Assembly (NCBI RefSeq): GCF_035594765.1
Contig: NW_026943822.1
Coordinates: 20,731,769 to 20,795,768, forward strand
Length of the DNA stretch: 64,000 nt
Direction of reading: 5' to 3'
Source: Anolis carolinensis
Taxonomy: Eukaryota
The notes below the pieces were generated by a model. It had not been told where the DNA came from. It made no database searches and worked only from the letters and a program-made list of their open reading frames with translations. The translations under genes were made by a program, and so were the position numbers. How positions within the stretch are numbered: the first letter of the stretch is position 1; every line of letters begins with the position of its first letter. Positions 34,765-47,988 of the stretch are shown here, piece by piece.

Positions 34765-35100
34765 ATTTTTTTAATTAGTTTTCTTAAAATACATCCCTAC
34801 ATCAATACTTTCAATACCCTTATATTTCACACTCACCTCTGTGCCCCCCCCAAGCCACTTCAATTTACATTCTCCTTCCAAAATTCCATTTCTTCTTCAT
34901 TTAAACCCTTCTCAATAAATTTTCCCCAAGCCTTGTCAAAGTCATTTTCCTTCCAAACCCCTTTCCTAACTCTTAACCTACATGTCAATTTATCGTTTAT
35001 TGCTAATTTCCATAGTTCTTTATACCATTCTTCTATTTGTATGTTTATTTTATCTTTCCAGTTCCTTGCTATCAACAATCTTGCTGCAGTTAACCTTTAC
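34765..35100 (-). mobile_element. L1/Tx1-like LINE ORF2 C-terminal fragment
   Basis: TAARLLIARNWKDKINIQIEEWYKELWKLAINDKLTCRL...WGKF; a probable further piece lies at ~35470-35700. Confidence 0.65.
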
Positions 35101-35255
35101 CTTTACTATGTTATTTAACTATTTTAACTGTTTTATTCTTATTTTATTGTATTATGATGTACTGGTAGTGATCCTGCCAGTTGTGTAAGCCTCCCTGAGT
35201 CCCCTCGGGGAGAAGGGCGGGGTAGAAATATCAGAAATAATAATAATAATAATAA

Positions 35256-35466
35256 GCACATTGGGTGCCGTGCCAAAAGATCTCAGCCGGCATTTGGAAA
35301 CGAGACATTGACAAAATCACAATCTGCCAACTGCAAAAGACCACCCTACTGGGATCTGCACGCATCATCCGAAAATACATCACACAGTCCTAGACACTTG
35401 GGAAGTGTTTGACTTGTGATTTTGTGATATGAAATCCAGCATAATAATAATAATAATAATAATAAT
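35256..35466 (+). mobile_element. R4/Dong-like 3' fragment between TAA repeats
   Basis: Shared C-terminal coding sequence, TAA runs on both sides. Confidence 0.75.
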
Positions 35467-35888
35467 CCCACCTCCTGGCAACCTCTCCCAACAATTTTTG
35501 TGGCATTTTTATGGATGTTTGCTACCTTTACTGGTGTTAAATACCATTTCCAAACCAGTTTATAATAATTTTCTTTAACACGTATTGATAGGTTCCTTAA
35601 ATGTCTTTGATTCCATAACTATCCAATCCACTTCCCTTATCATAATCCCTAAATCTTCCTCCCATATCTCTCTTAATAATGCATCCTTTATTTTTTTCCC
35701 TTGATTTCAATTATTATCTTATACATTTTGCTGGTTTTTCCTTTCATCCTATGGCGTGTTCTATTTATTTGGGTGCCAAACGAGACCTGATTGTTCTGGT
35801 TCTTGTAGTGTGTCTTCTGAATGGAAGGGGAGGAAAGGGCAACCACTGGTCTTTGACTTGACAACTCCCTCACTTTTTTCTTTTCCAG

Positions 35889-36044
35889 GTCAATCAGGAT
35901 CTTAGCCGCCAGCTACTCCAGGACGGGTATCACCTTGATGAAATCCCCGATGACGAGGACCTCGACCTCATCCCCCCTAAGCCTATTTCATCCTCGCCTT
36001 GTGCCTGTTGCTTTGGGGAGTCTTCCTCCTGCTCCATCCAGTAA
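35889..36044 (+). CDS. FAM219B: FAM219B exon 6 (coding part), ends in CaaX motif CSIQ
   Basis: VNQDLSRQLLQDGYHLDEIPDDEDLDLIPPKPISSSPCACCFGESSSCSIQ*. Confidence 0.96.
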   Translation, partial: VNQDLSRQLLQDGYHLDEIPDDEDLDLIPPKPISSSPCACCFGESSSCSIQ

Positions 36045-38679
36045 GAGGCGTTCTTCAGAGAGACGTCCTGCACAGGTCAAGATAGCAGCACTTTTTCTTT
36101 CTTTTGGGGAGCGTGGATGGCAGGCGATGGACGCCAGCCCAACCCTGACTAAGACCAACAAGGAGAGAAAAGGGAATTTGGTGACTGGGAGAACCAGGCA
36201 TCCCTTTGCACTGTTGGCACTTGCTCAGGGCGCCAAGTGTTCTTTCAGGGCTATTTATGGTGGTGCAATATAGAACGCTATTAGGTGCAAGTGCTCAGGA
36301 GGCAGAGGGCCAGCACATTATTAGCCTTGCACTTGTGGAACGGGGCCGGGCAATGGAGAAGTCAGAATGAAAGAGGTCAAATCTCCATCTCCAGGATGGC
36401 AAGCTAAGATTCTTATCTACCAAAACTTGGGTGTCCAAACAAAAATAAAACGGCAACACTAAGGTCTGAACAAAGAGGATCTTCCTAGTGTACTCAGGAT
36501 CCTTTCCTTTCGTGCCTGGACTATAATTTCTCTTAGTATGGCGAAATCCTTACCGGGAAGTCATCTTGGTGTTACTGACCCATTGGAGAGGATTTCCAAT
36601 CTCAATCAGCTTGATCCATCATGTACCTTTTGGACTCTCAATGCTATCTCGGTAGCCAAAATGGTTGCTTTTCAATTTCTTCAAGCTTCAAAGCAATTTA
36701 AGTGTTTACACAAACTTCTGTTTTATCCTAAGGATTCAGGTTTTGGTTTCATGAATGGAAACTTGGGAGTTGAATTTGTAGGTTCTGTAGTAAAAGGAGA
36801 GGCCAATTCTATTCTCTTTCCCTGGAGACCGCACCTCTTGACAGGCTGGGGACTGTTCAGGGAAGTCACTGAATTCAGTGTGAAGGAAGATGGCAAATGG
36901 CAGATTGTTGTTGGTTGAAGTTGCTTCCTTTGTTGGAAACTTGTGCATGTTCAGACAAGAAGTCCACCAGACCTTGGTGCTGATAACCTCTGCTCTACAG
37001 ATGGGTGATCAGCTGCTTGGATCTTCTGGAAAGGCCTAATTCTGACTTAAAGGTGCTGTTTCTCTTTACCCATTTTGCACACAGGGGCCTGCTTTTAAAA
37101 TTTGCAGGAAATGCAGTCCTGTCCCTGCAGATTTAAGGAAGCTTATATGAGAGTGAGAACTGTCCATTTTCCAGTTACACGCGCCTGGTAGCAAGTTGCA
37201 TCCTATTGTTATAACAACCTTAGAGGCTGGATAAGTGGCTGGATAGGTTGTGAGAGTGACTGGCACAATGGGAAAGGGCACAACCGTCCAACATACTGTG
37301 CGGACGGTTTTGCAACTGCGGATTCCAGCATCACAACACAGCTACATGTGTGTGATTTTGCAGCATGCAGCTACGGAATAAGCTCTTGGTCCCGGTGCAG
37401 GAAATGAACTGACACTAATTGCAGAATCTTTCAATGCTATATTAGCTTCTGTAACCAAAAAGCTGGGAGCTTATTTTGTCCCATGGATGGCAAGAAGACC
37501 TACTTTAGGTCAGATGAAGCCAGTACCTGTTTACCGTAACTTGGATGCTGTTTTGTGGGCACCAAGGATACAAGTGGGTCTGAATCAGTCATTTTTGGTG
37601 CTCCAACTTCGGGGCACCATCCCTGGTGGATCCACTGCCGTGGAGGCAGATAAGTCACGCTTTCTTTTGCTAAGGTTTGTCGTGTAGTTGGACAAGTCAT
37701 GATTTCTCCAATCCATTTAGGAGTTTAGCACTGAATGAGCTTTGTTTGGAACATCTGCAGGATTCACTGGCCTTCCCTACAAAATAGCATTACATTTCCA
37801 ATAGCAGGAAGTTCATAAGACCTTGCACTAATGCAGTTATTCTGGAATAGCGGTTCCAAGCCAAAGATGGCAGCTGCTCCTTCCTAGAAAACATGTGGGT
37901 AGACATGGGATGGAGTGGCCTCTTAGCAAAGAGATTTAATCCTAGACCAGCACCCTTCATTCTTCTAAATCAAGGGAACCTTTGGCCATTGAGATACTGC
38001 TGGTTACCATTCTCATTACTTGTGGTGGCAGAAAAGTTGAAATCCAAAATGTCCATGTTGGGAGTGAGGTCTTCTCCTGATCTTGATTTTTTTCTAGGTA
38101 AACAATACAGTTGGCACTTGGGAAGCTGATGGGAATGTGAGAATAGTTTTATTGGGATACAACACTGACCATAGCACAAAGCAGTGTTTGCCTACCACAT
38201 TATTGGGGAATATTGCTAGCAAGGGGAGATAAAAACTATTCCAGCATTGGAGCCTCTAGGCACCCATAATCTCTTGCTTTTTACTTTATTTGGGTGTCTG
38301 AGATGACTTTACACTTTTACTTGATGACTTTACAAAAGTTAGATTTTCATAACAGAGCTGGAAGTCTTCTGACTAAATTTAGATGCAGGATAACCATGGG
38401 GAGGATGAGCAGAGGCACTATTGTTAGGAGATACTGCATCTCTGCCCCGAATCAAGTCTTGTCAGTGAAGGAGGAAGTATGTATATGTCCTTTTATTTAT
38501 ATGGCAATTATAGGGAGAAGGGAGGTCATTCTGCCCTGGAAAGGGCTTTAAAAGCTGCCTTAAAAAACTAAATACATTATATAGGAAGACAATCCTATTG
38601 GAGATTTAATATTATTGTATGTATAGAGAACTATGGAGTTTTTTGTTTTGGTACATTCTAAGCAAGGGAAACGTATATC

Positions 38680-38685
38680 AATAAA
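38680..38685 (+). terminator. Probable FAM219B poly(A) signal (3'UTR ~2.6 kb)
   Basis: AATAAA after a largely repeat-free UTR-like tract, with U/GU-rich sequence downstream. Confidence 0.5.
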
Positions 38686-39141
38686 CTTCTACCTTGTACT
38701 ATGCAGGCTCCTTTTCTTTGTTACTGTATTGCAAATGGATGTTGGAAGTTGTAAAATCATCTAGGAATCACTTTCCTTCAGAGTAATGTATACATTGAGT
38801 GTCCTTTATTTGAAACTATTGGGACCTGGATTTCGATTGTCAGTTCCCCTCTATGTTCCTGTCTTCTGTTTGCTTAAAAGCATTATCATTTTGTGACAAA
38901 TCCACACCTGATTTCAAATCTTTTGAAGCAAGGGAAATCTTTTTGCTCTGTGTTAAGACATTTTTTGCCATTTTTGGCCCAAAATACATATTGAAATAAA
39001 CCTATCAAGTAACTTCCAGGTCATTTCTTGTTGTAGAAAATAACGCCTGAGATGCAGTGTGGAGAAAATGCCCCCCCAAATTTGCATCTAATCACATTTT
39101 ATCCCAAGAGAGCAGTGTGGGATAAAATGTGATTACATGTA

Positions 39142-39461
39142 CAGTAGAGTCTCACTTATCCAACATAAACGGGCTGGCAGAACATTGGATAAGCGAATAT
39201 GTTGGATAATAAGGACGGATTAAGGAAAAGCCTATTAAACATCAAATTAGGTTATGATTTTACAAATTAAGCACCAAAACATGTTATACAACAAATTTGA
39301 CAGAAAAAGTAGTTCAATACGCAGTAATGTAATGTTGTAATTACTGTATTTATGAATTTAGCACCAAAATATCATGATATATTGAAAACATTGACTACAA
39401 AAATGCGTTGGAAAATCCAGAACGTTGGATAAGCGAGTGTTGGATAAGTGAGACTCTACTG
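39142..39461 (-). mobile_element. Tc1/mariner-pogo-type MITE
   Basis: Same TIR family, TA flanks. Confidence 0.85.
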
Positions 39462-41443
39462 TATGTATTTGCTTGTCTATGAACACAATTTAGTGTTCCA
39501 ACTGTTCCACCAGTATAATTTTTAAATATGTTTCCATCTACAAAAAATATACTGAAACGCTTAAAGTCTTTGGGGCAAAATTGCCACAAACCTCTTTTAT
39601 TTAGCTGACTTTTTACTCAACACATTGACTTCTTTAACAAATGAAGACTTTACTCCAGTGAGATGATTTTGGGTAACTGCTTCCTCTTTTCCCCCTTGCC
39701 ACCCCACTTGTATTCTTCTTGAGTATTATTAGCTCTAAACAGAGCACTGAAATGTGGACTACTGCAAAGGAAATGGGAGGAATGCTGGTTCATTCCAGGG
39801 ATTTCTGCTGACGTCTTCCCTCTGCGCCACATACCTTTCCCTGATGCATCATCTTTACTCTAAAAATCAAAATACTATTTGGTTCAAATCTGTATCTGAA
39901 ATTGATTGACATGAAGAAATTTTGTAAATGTGAAAGCTGTACCACAGAACTTTAAAAAATCCTAACTTCCAAGACTTAGTTTGGAACGGTGTTAAAGAGC
40001 TTGGAAATCTCTGGACTATGATGTTGGATCAGAAGGCTATATAGTCCTGAAAATCAACATTTCCAAGCTCTATACCAGCTCCTGACTCAATGATTCCTTT
40101 AAACACAATCTACTTTCACCATTAAATATTTTTGGCACATACAACTGCCAAAAATATATATGCCAAAGTACCATGGTAAGTTTCAAACATGCTAGCTGCA
40201 AACCATGATTACTGGTGCTGGTTTTTTGAAACTAACCATAGTTACGGTCAGCCAGTCTTTGGCAATTCTGTTCCAATATAACTTAGCCACAATTTAATAG
40301 ACATGAATACTTAAAGACGTAAAGATATGTTTAAAACCAGGACTGGGCAAATGTCCCGTTTGCAAAACTTTTTGGGAGAGAAGCTTGGCGCCCTATGGCT
40401 TTCTTGTCTCTCGCACCAATATTTTTAATTGATACTTTCTGCTCTTAGAAAATGGGATCTAAAACACATATCAGCTCCACAAAAGCTAGGAAAAAAGTGT
40501 TCATTCTATGCATTTCTAGTCGTGTCACACAGTGGTTCTGAGCGGAAAAATCTGGCCTTGGAGAATGGCCTCAGCCCTGTTTTTAATTGAAACTCACCAG
40601 GTTAAAGGGAATAAATCAGGTTCGGACATGTTTGAGAGTCACAGCAAACCTAATATGTCATAAATAGATAAGCCATGGAGCTGTGGACAGAAAGGGAAAA
40701 GGTGTGGATTGTCGACTGATGCCAATGTTTATCTCCAAGATGCAGAGATACACTCTGGGTATTAATTGTTGTGGAGTGGGAACCGAGGCCTCGGACCCTT
40801 TGCCAGATTGTCTGGGGTGGATGGGAGTTGGAGTTCAACAACAACTGGAAATGTATAGGCTCCCCCTTTTCCCTAACTATATGATCTGTCTGGGTATTAT
40901 AGCAGCTGTAATCTAAAACAGTCTCAGAACCAGGGCTGGGAATCATGCAAATTTCTAGATGTTGTTGGACTGCAACTCCCAATGGCTCCAAGCCAGCTTT
41001 GCCAATGACACAGCAAGCTGAGAGCGGCAGCCCAGAAACATCAAGAGACTGGGATTCAATTCCCATCTCTGCTTAAATATTTATGAACTGCAGCTCCCAC
41101 CATCCATGCTGACTGATGGGATTTAAAGTTTGGTGGCATTTTGGACAATCACGGCCTTTCCAGCTCTCTCTCAAATGGCAACCCGATTTCTGAAGTAACA
41201 GCAGCAATGGAACCATCTTAAGCAGCAGAGATTTCCTGCCTGCTTTTAAAAAAATTACTTGACAAATTGTAGGGGCAAGAAGGGTGGGAAACAGTTGCCA
41301 ACCGTACGAGGATCGAGCGGGAATAAAGCTGGGCTCCTGACACAGTGATCTGATGGGTGGAAATCAACGGAGGGGCCCAGGCCAGCTTCTATTGATGCTA
41401 TGTGAGTCAGAGCAAAGGGAGGGGAAGAGCGAAGAGTCCCACG

Positions 41444-41662
41444 TTATAAGAGGCAGCAGGCGCGGAAGAGGAGCATCCCTTCGCCATTGGAGAGGTGCAA
41501 AGAGACGCTCTCGTTGGCGGAGATGAACAGCACGGAGCCCCGGCTGAGGGCCATTTCGGACGCGGCGGCGGTGGAGGTGCCCACGGCCGCCCCCTGCACC
41601 ACCAGCACGATGCTAGCAGAGTCCACGGCGGAAATGAGGTATAACTTAATGGAAGCAGGAAT
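41444..41662 (-). CDS. MPI: Mannose-6-phosphate isomerase, exon 8
   Basis: IPASIKLYLISAVDSASIVLVVQG...RGSVLFISANESVSL...LFRACCLL*. Confidence 0.95.
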   Translation of the reverse strand: MPASIKLYLISAVDSASIVLVVQGAAVGTSTAAASEMALSRGSVLFISANESVSLHLSNGEGMLLFRACCLL

Positions 41663-41803
41663 CTGAAATTTCAAAAAGAAAGTGAGAGTTAGGCAGCAAA
41701 GGAGAGGTGAAGTCTGGCTTGGGCACCTACTTCAATCTTTCAAGCAGAAGACCATTACGAAGTATAATCATGTTTAAGTTGATTTAATATATAATGTGTC
41801 ATG

Positions 41804-42060
41804 TACAAGGGCTATCCAGAAAGTACATTACGTTTTGGAATTAAAAATGAACAAAGTATAGGAGAAAACATTTACCATATGCAGTTGAAAGCCAGACCCA
41901 AATACCACTTCTCAACATAGTCCCCATTGAAATCTAGGCACTTATCATAGCGATAAAAGAGTTTGGAAAGTCCTTCCCCACCAAACTTTGCCGCTTGGCT
42001 TGCATCCTCAACCACGCGGGTGTCCCTTCTCGCAGCTGCGCAAACTTAATCCAAACTTAA
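41804..42060 (-). mobile_element. Mariner transposon remnant (transposase C-terminus and terminus)
   Basis: Minus strand reads EGLSKLFYRYDKCLDFNGDYVEK; TACAAGGG-type terminus at 41804. Confidence 0.7.
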
Positions 42061-42230
42061 AGATTTTGATATTATTGTACACAACTTTAAGGTCATTCTG
42101 CCATTTTCCTTCCCAGTCATTCAAAAAGGCAAGACCAGTGTAGAGATCAGTGACTCTTAAATTATCCTGGGACAGACTAAGCTCTCTGCTTTTGCTACTC
42201 AGCTCAGAAATCATTCCTTTTATAAGAGTA

Positions 42231-42488
42231 TTTTTTTGTGTCAGGAGCAACTTGAGAAACTGCAAGTCACTTCTGGTGTGAGAGAACTGGCCGTCTGCAA
42301 GGACGTTGCCCAGGGGACGCCCGGATGTTTTCCATCCTTGTGGGAGGCTTCTCTCATGTCCCTGCATGGAGCTGACAGAGGGAGCTCATCTGCACTCTCC
42401 CCAGGTTGGATTCGAACCTGGCAACCTTCAGGTCAGCAACCCAACCTTCACGTCACTAGGCTTTAAGCCACTGTGCTACCGGGGGCTT
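42231..42488 (-). mobile_element. tRNA-derived SINE (Anolis SINE2-like)
   Basis: Reverse-complement relative of 33935-34192. Confidence 0.7.
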
Positions 42489-42730
42489 CTTTATAAGAGT
42501 TAAGGTACAATACTTAAAAGTTACCCAATGATAACTCAGATATTTTAGCTTGGTTTTTTGGCTAAGATTTCTAAACTGACACATGAGCATGTATAATAAG
42601 TCAGGATCAGAACAAAACAAGGGGCAGTGTCAAATTCTCTGTCACTTTCACCTTCAAGCAACACCATGAATGAACCAACAGTGACAAAGCCTCATTATTT
42701 TCCCATTTAGAGGCCTTGCTATATGATCCA

Positions 42731-43055
42731 GGGGCCCCTGGTGGCACAGTGTGTTAAAGTGCTGAGCTGCTGAACTTGCAGACCAAAAGGTGCCAGGTTC
42801 AAATCCCGGGAGCAGAATGAGTGCCCGCTGTTAGCCCCAGCTCCTGCCAACCTAGCAGTTCGAAAACATGCCAATGTGAGTAGATCAATAGGTACCGCTC
42901 TGGTGGGAAGGTAACGGCGCTCCACGCAGTCATGCTGGCCACATGACCTTGGAGGTGTCTATGGACAATGCCGGCTCTTTGGCTTAGAAATGGAGATGAG
43001 CACCCCAGAGTCAGACACGACTGGACTTAACGTCAGGGGAAACCTTTAACTTTTA
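42731..43055 (+). mobile_element. Sauria SINE, full length
   Basis: tRNA-like head, core and ACCTTT tail; TSD ata(t/c)gatcca. Confidence 0.88.
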
Positions 43056-43351
43056 ATACGATCCAACCTTTCCCATTTGTGGATTTAATTTGCACATTCC
43101 TTCTAGGAATCTCTAGGTTCTCCAAGGTGAAATGTCAGATCAACCTTTGCCCGGTGTTGACTCAAAAGTCTCCTTGGAGGACTTGCAAGATGCTAGAGAT
43201 AACAAGTTAACCAAATCTGGAAATATTAAAGCCACAAATGTGTGGGGGGGGGGGGGGGGCAACTGTAAATATATTAGGCTGGGCCCTGCAGAAACTGATA
43301 TTTACTGCATTTCCGAAGCCAAGGTGAAATGGGGAGGAAGAGGAAACGTAC

Positions 43352-43560
43352 CACGATCTTCATGACGGAAAAGTCTGGAACGGGTGGGTCGTAGAGGTAG
43401 ACGTAAGGGTCTAGGCGGCTTTGTACGGGGGCCAAGAGCTTGGTACTGCTGGGAGCCGGAGTGTAGTTCAGCATTTCGCACAAGGTGAGGACGTCAATGA
43501 ACTTGGGGGTCAGGCCGGCTCGGACAGTGTTGTCAGAACACGCCATGCACTCGATGCAGT
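43352..43560 (-). CDS. MPI: MPI exon 7
   Basis: [24 protein letters not shown]...[14 protein letters not shown]. Confidence 0.97.
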
Positions 43561-43629
43561 CTGCGGAAACAGAAAGAGCCTTGGAAGGAAGGCACGCTAT
43601 GCAGGGGACGAGAGAGCCATCTTCTATGG

Positions 43630-44328
43630 CAGGGGTCCCCAAACTAAGGCCCGGGGGCCACATGCGGCCCATCAAAGCCATTTATCCGGCCCCCGGCCCC
43701 TCCCTCACCCGGTGCGTGCCTTCCAGAGTTTTTCTTGTTTATAATACTATTTGAATTAGTATTTAATTAATAATGAATTATCAAGGGGGTGCTTTGCTAG
43801 TGCTTTTGGTGCAAAAAGGCAGAAAGGGGCTGGACTAAATGGTGCAAGGGGTCTCTTCCAATCCTCTTATTATTATTATTATTATTATTGACACAAAGAC
43901 ATAGTATATATGCAAGCAAGCAAACAAGATATATATGCTGGATTTTGTATCATAAAATCATAAGTTCCCAAGCGTTTAGGGCTGTGTGATGTATTATTAT
44001 TATTATTATTAACAACATAGAGGCTCGGTGGCCATCTGTCAGGGGTGCTTTGCTTGTGCTTTTGGTGCTCAAAGGTAGAAGGGGGTTGGACTAAATGGCC
44101 CAAGGGGTCTCTTCTAACCTTCTTTATTATTTTTATTATGATTATGATTGTTATTAACATTGAGGCTGTATTTGTTCCCGTTTGGGTTTTTTTTTTACTT
44201 CAAAATAAGAGATGTGCAGTGTGCATAGGAATTTGTTTATAGTTTTTTTTTTTCAACTATAGTCCGGCCCTCCAACGATCAGAGGGACCGTGAACTGGCC
44301 CCCTCTTTAAAAAGTTTGGGGACCCCTG
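43630..44328. mobile_element. Non-autonomous hAT-Charlie-type transposon with composite interior
   Basis: TIRs CAGGGGTCCCCAAACT...AGTTTGGGGACCCCTG; perfect 8-bp TSD TTCTATGG at 43622-43629 and 44329-44336. Confidence 0.9.
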
Positions 44329-44509
44329 TTCTATGGCATGGGTGATCAAAACACAGCCCATGGGTCATTTGTAGCCCTCAGAGTCCAAGCAGGGATTAAT
44401 TTCCATGCTTGAACTCTGCAGTTTCATGTTTCCACATTAAGTCCAGAAACACATCAGCTGTGGATATGGGAATGGTACTATATTTTCTCCCTTCGACTTA
44501 TAAACTCAC

Positions 44510-44683
44510 CTCCATAGAGGTAGGCATGAGGCTCGTTGGCTCCCAGGAACATGCATTCTCCCGGCTGCAGCTTCACCACGTTCAGGAAATAGATGGCGAA
44601 GCAGCCGATGTCTCCAGGATACTGGGAATGGAGTCGGAGGAGCAGCTCCCCACAACTGGTGGATATGTTTTTCCCCGCAGCCG
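44510..44683 (-). CDS. MPI: MPI exon 6
   Basis: [35 protein letters not shown]...[11 protein letters not shown]. Confidence 0.97.
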
Positions 44684-46189
44684 CTGTGGGGAGAAGGGGA
44701 AAGAGAGTCCAGTGAAGCATAATGGGTCAAAAAGTGGAATCTATGCAGATAACATGAAGGCATTAAGAGGCTTGAGTGGGACCAACTTGGATCTAAGCTG
44801 CTTGTAAGGTCTCTGGGTCTGCCCAACAAAATTACTGTTCAATTAATGGAACTTGTCTGTCATTTGCAAGTACTGAAAGAGGTCATAAATGAGTAAACAA
44901 ACAGGAGGGGAAGCCTCTATAAACACACCAATGGAAGCCCACATTCTTCCCCACTAGCAGTAAAACTGGTTTCCTGGAATGGGTTCAATAGGCTGGCAGA
45001 GCTTCCACAGGGAGAAAACAAAAGAGCCGGATACTACTAAAAACTACAGATCTGTGCCTACATGCCCAAAGGTGTCATGAGAAATGTGGTCAAAGTTGAA
45101 GATTGCTTTCTTAAACCTAAAGAAGAAAGGGAAAGGTCTTCTCAATTTGGAAAAACTTCCCGATGGTGAACGTGAAAGAGACAAGGAGCCCTCTGTTTAC
45201 AAAGTGGCTTGCATTGAAAGTTGTGCTTATGGCAATCACAATGTTTCCATAACAAGGTTTGTTCAGAGATTTTCCTTTCTCAAAGGCCGAGAGAGTGTGA
45301 CTTTCCCAAAGTCACCCAGTGAGTTTCCATGGCTAACGAAAGACCTGAACTTTGGTCTCCAGAACCACAGTCCAAAACTCCAATAACACGATGTAACAAA
45401 ATTTGAAAAAAAAAAATCCACCATGTCTCCTATCTCAATATAACAATATAATAATATATAATACTGTACTAATATTATGCGATACTAATAATATAATATA
45501 TTGTATATACATATAATATTGATAATATTATAATGTACTACAATATAATAATAATACACTAATATAATTGTCTATTATATATTGCATGTAATATTGCTAA
45601 TACTATTGCAGTATAGTGGTATAGTACAATATAGTAATATGTAATGCTTATGTTGTGTTATGCCAATAATATAATATATTGTATGGTTCCCGTCCCCTTG
45701 ATCAGGTTGTGTAAGTGTTATTTATTGCTATATAATTGTATTGTTTTACCTTGCTTGATAATGTGTTATTATGTTGCTATGTAATGTATGTGTTGTTTTT
45801 ATGATTGGAAACCGCCCTGAGTCCCATCCGGGAAATAGGGCGGTATATAAAGTTGTTATTGTTGTTGTTATGTACATATACTTGTAAGACGCCCTGAGTC
45901 CCCTTCGGAGTGAGAAGGGTGGGATATAAATGTTGCAAATGAATAAATAAATATTCATTGAAAAACTGTAGCAAAATGTGCTGCAAGATGTCCCATAAAA
46001 CCAAAGTTTTTGCAGTTTAATAAACCTTTCTGATGTTGTTTATGATAGAACTGATTAGGAAATTATATTTATAACCCAGGACCAAAATTTGTGTTACATA
46101 GTGTGATTATACCGCATTGTCTTTCTTTCCAAAGTCATTAGAAACAGGGAATGACAACCATTGTAACTTATTCCTTCAATATAACTCAC

Positions 46190-46372
46190 CTTCCTGGGAG
46201 ATGCGCTTCACCAGCATATTGAGCTGGTCCACGAAGACCTTCTTCTCGCTCTTCATCATCCTGGTGAAGCAGACGCGCAAGGCGGCCGCAACACCCCGGG
46301 GATCGTCCCTCACGCTGCGCTCCAGCTGCTCCGCCGCCACATTCCCAATTAATGTCCGGAATTCAGGAACAT
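46190..46372 (-). CDS. MPI: MPI exon 5
   Basis: NVPEFRTLIGNVAAEQLERSV...CFTRMMKSEKKVFVDQLNMLVKRISQE. Confidence 0.95.
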
Positions 46373-46724
46373 CTGCAGGAAAGGTCCAAAAAGGTCAGGC
46401 TTGCTGCCTCCTGGACAGACCATTCATAAATCTGCAGAATAGCAAACCAGAATATTTTCCCACTAACCGATGCATATTATTCCAGAGTCCGCTACTCTCG
46501 AGAGGAATTGCCTTGGCGTTAAAGCAACTCTATAGGAATGCAGAGGAGCAAATCCTTGGCTGCAGAATCCTCCCAGCGGTCACTCACTGGATCCGTTTCC
46601 GAAGCTACGCCCATTTATACAGAAATCTCATCACCTACCGAGACTTCTCACACTCAAGGTTTGGTGACTGGCGCTTTGCACCATGTACGCACTTTCCCAT
46701 GGAAGGGTCCCATTTCATGCTTAC

Positions 46725-46866
46725 TCTGGAGGAAGCCCACGATTTCCTCTCCCGGCCGGAAGCCGCACATGCCCTCAAAGGGGGTGAGGGCAATAGCCAT
46801 CTCCGGCTTGTGGTTGGCATCTGGATAATGCTCCGGAGACTGAGCGTGAAGCTTTTCGGCCAGTTC
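46725..46866 (-). CDS. MPI: MPI exon 4
   Basis: [38 protein letters not shown] (type I PMI signature). Confidence 0.97.
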
Positions 46867-47410
46867 CTGAGAAGGAAAGAAGGAGGGGGGCCAAAGCTGA
46901 GACCTGGGCCATGGGATATCTAGGCTGCTATGATGGCTTAACCTGTGACAGACTCCGAATAGGACCCAAAGACCATAGGGAACAGATAGACTCCAAATGG
47001 GACTCAAAGACCACAGGAAGCGTAAAATATACAATATAATTTACAATAACATATAATAATATATTGTATAAACATATAGTATTGACAATATTATAATGTG
47101 ATATGATACAATACTAATAATAATACAATATAATAATATTAATTATATATTATATGTAATATTACAGTATAGTGAAATAGTACAATATAGTAATTTAATG
47201 CTAATATTGTGCTATGCTAATGATACAATATATTGTATGTACATATAATTTGTAAGTCGCTCTGAGCCCCCCTTCAGGGTGAAAAGGGCGGGATATAAAT
47301 GCAGTAAGTAAATAAATAAATACTCCAAATACGACCCAAAAACTATAGGCAGTGGATAGACTCCAAATAGGATCCAAAGACCATAGGGAGCCATATTATA
47401 TCCTCAGAGT

Positions 47411-47742
47411 TTTCCATGAAGAAGAATTCACATTTATTGTTGAACAAAAAAAATGAACATTTATTATATACTGTACAGCAGTTGTCATCACAAACCAACA
47501 TAACCATAAACTGTAAATCCTATCAAGAATTTCTTGTTACTACCATTATTTCCATGTACAACACTCTATGGTACGTACATTTACCAATCCTGTATGCTCT
47601 GGTGTTCTGTTTGGTGGGCATGCTTCCAAACAAAAACTTTGCTAGGTCTTACTTTCGGGGGAGGCCTTATATTTAGCAATTCAGCAAAACCTCTACTAGG
47701 TCTTATTTTCTTGGGATGTCTTATTTTAGGGGAAACAGGGTA
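47411..47742 (+). mobile_element. Tc1/pogo-type DNA transposon fragment
   Basis: Ends gtcttattttaggggaaacaggg-TA; overlaps the sequence of 12858-13012. Confidence 0.6.
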
Positions 47743-47988
47743 GGTCTGTGTGGTCAATGAAAAAATGTTTCAATACTCATTACGAAATTAAAAACAAAAT
47801 TATGCACAGCTCGAACAAGTACTGTGCCTTGTTACCTGTACCTTATTAAATAAGCAATCACCTTTCTTTAAGAATACAGAGACGGAAAAGACATTGCGGC
47901 CATTGGGAATTCCATGACTCAGGCCCCATAAACCAAAAGGGTATCAAATCACAACCGGAGTGTTTCCACATCACGAAGACCGGCTTAC

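Larger units (their letters stand above)
30990..36044 (+). other. FAM219B: FAM219B coding span (6 exons, 567 nt, 188 aa)
   Basis: join(30990-31082,32353-32452,33364-33454,33725-33802,34684-34732,35889-36044); frame continuous. Confidence 0.9.

Noticed and set aside
46117-46923. 268-aa plus-strand ORF
   Set aside because: Antisense to MPI exons 4-5, non-ATG start, no recognisable protein
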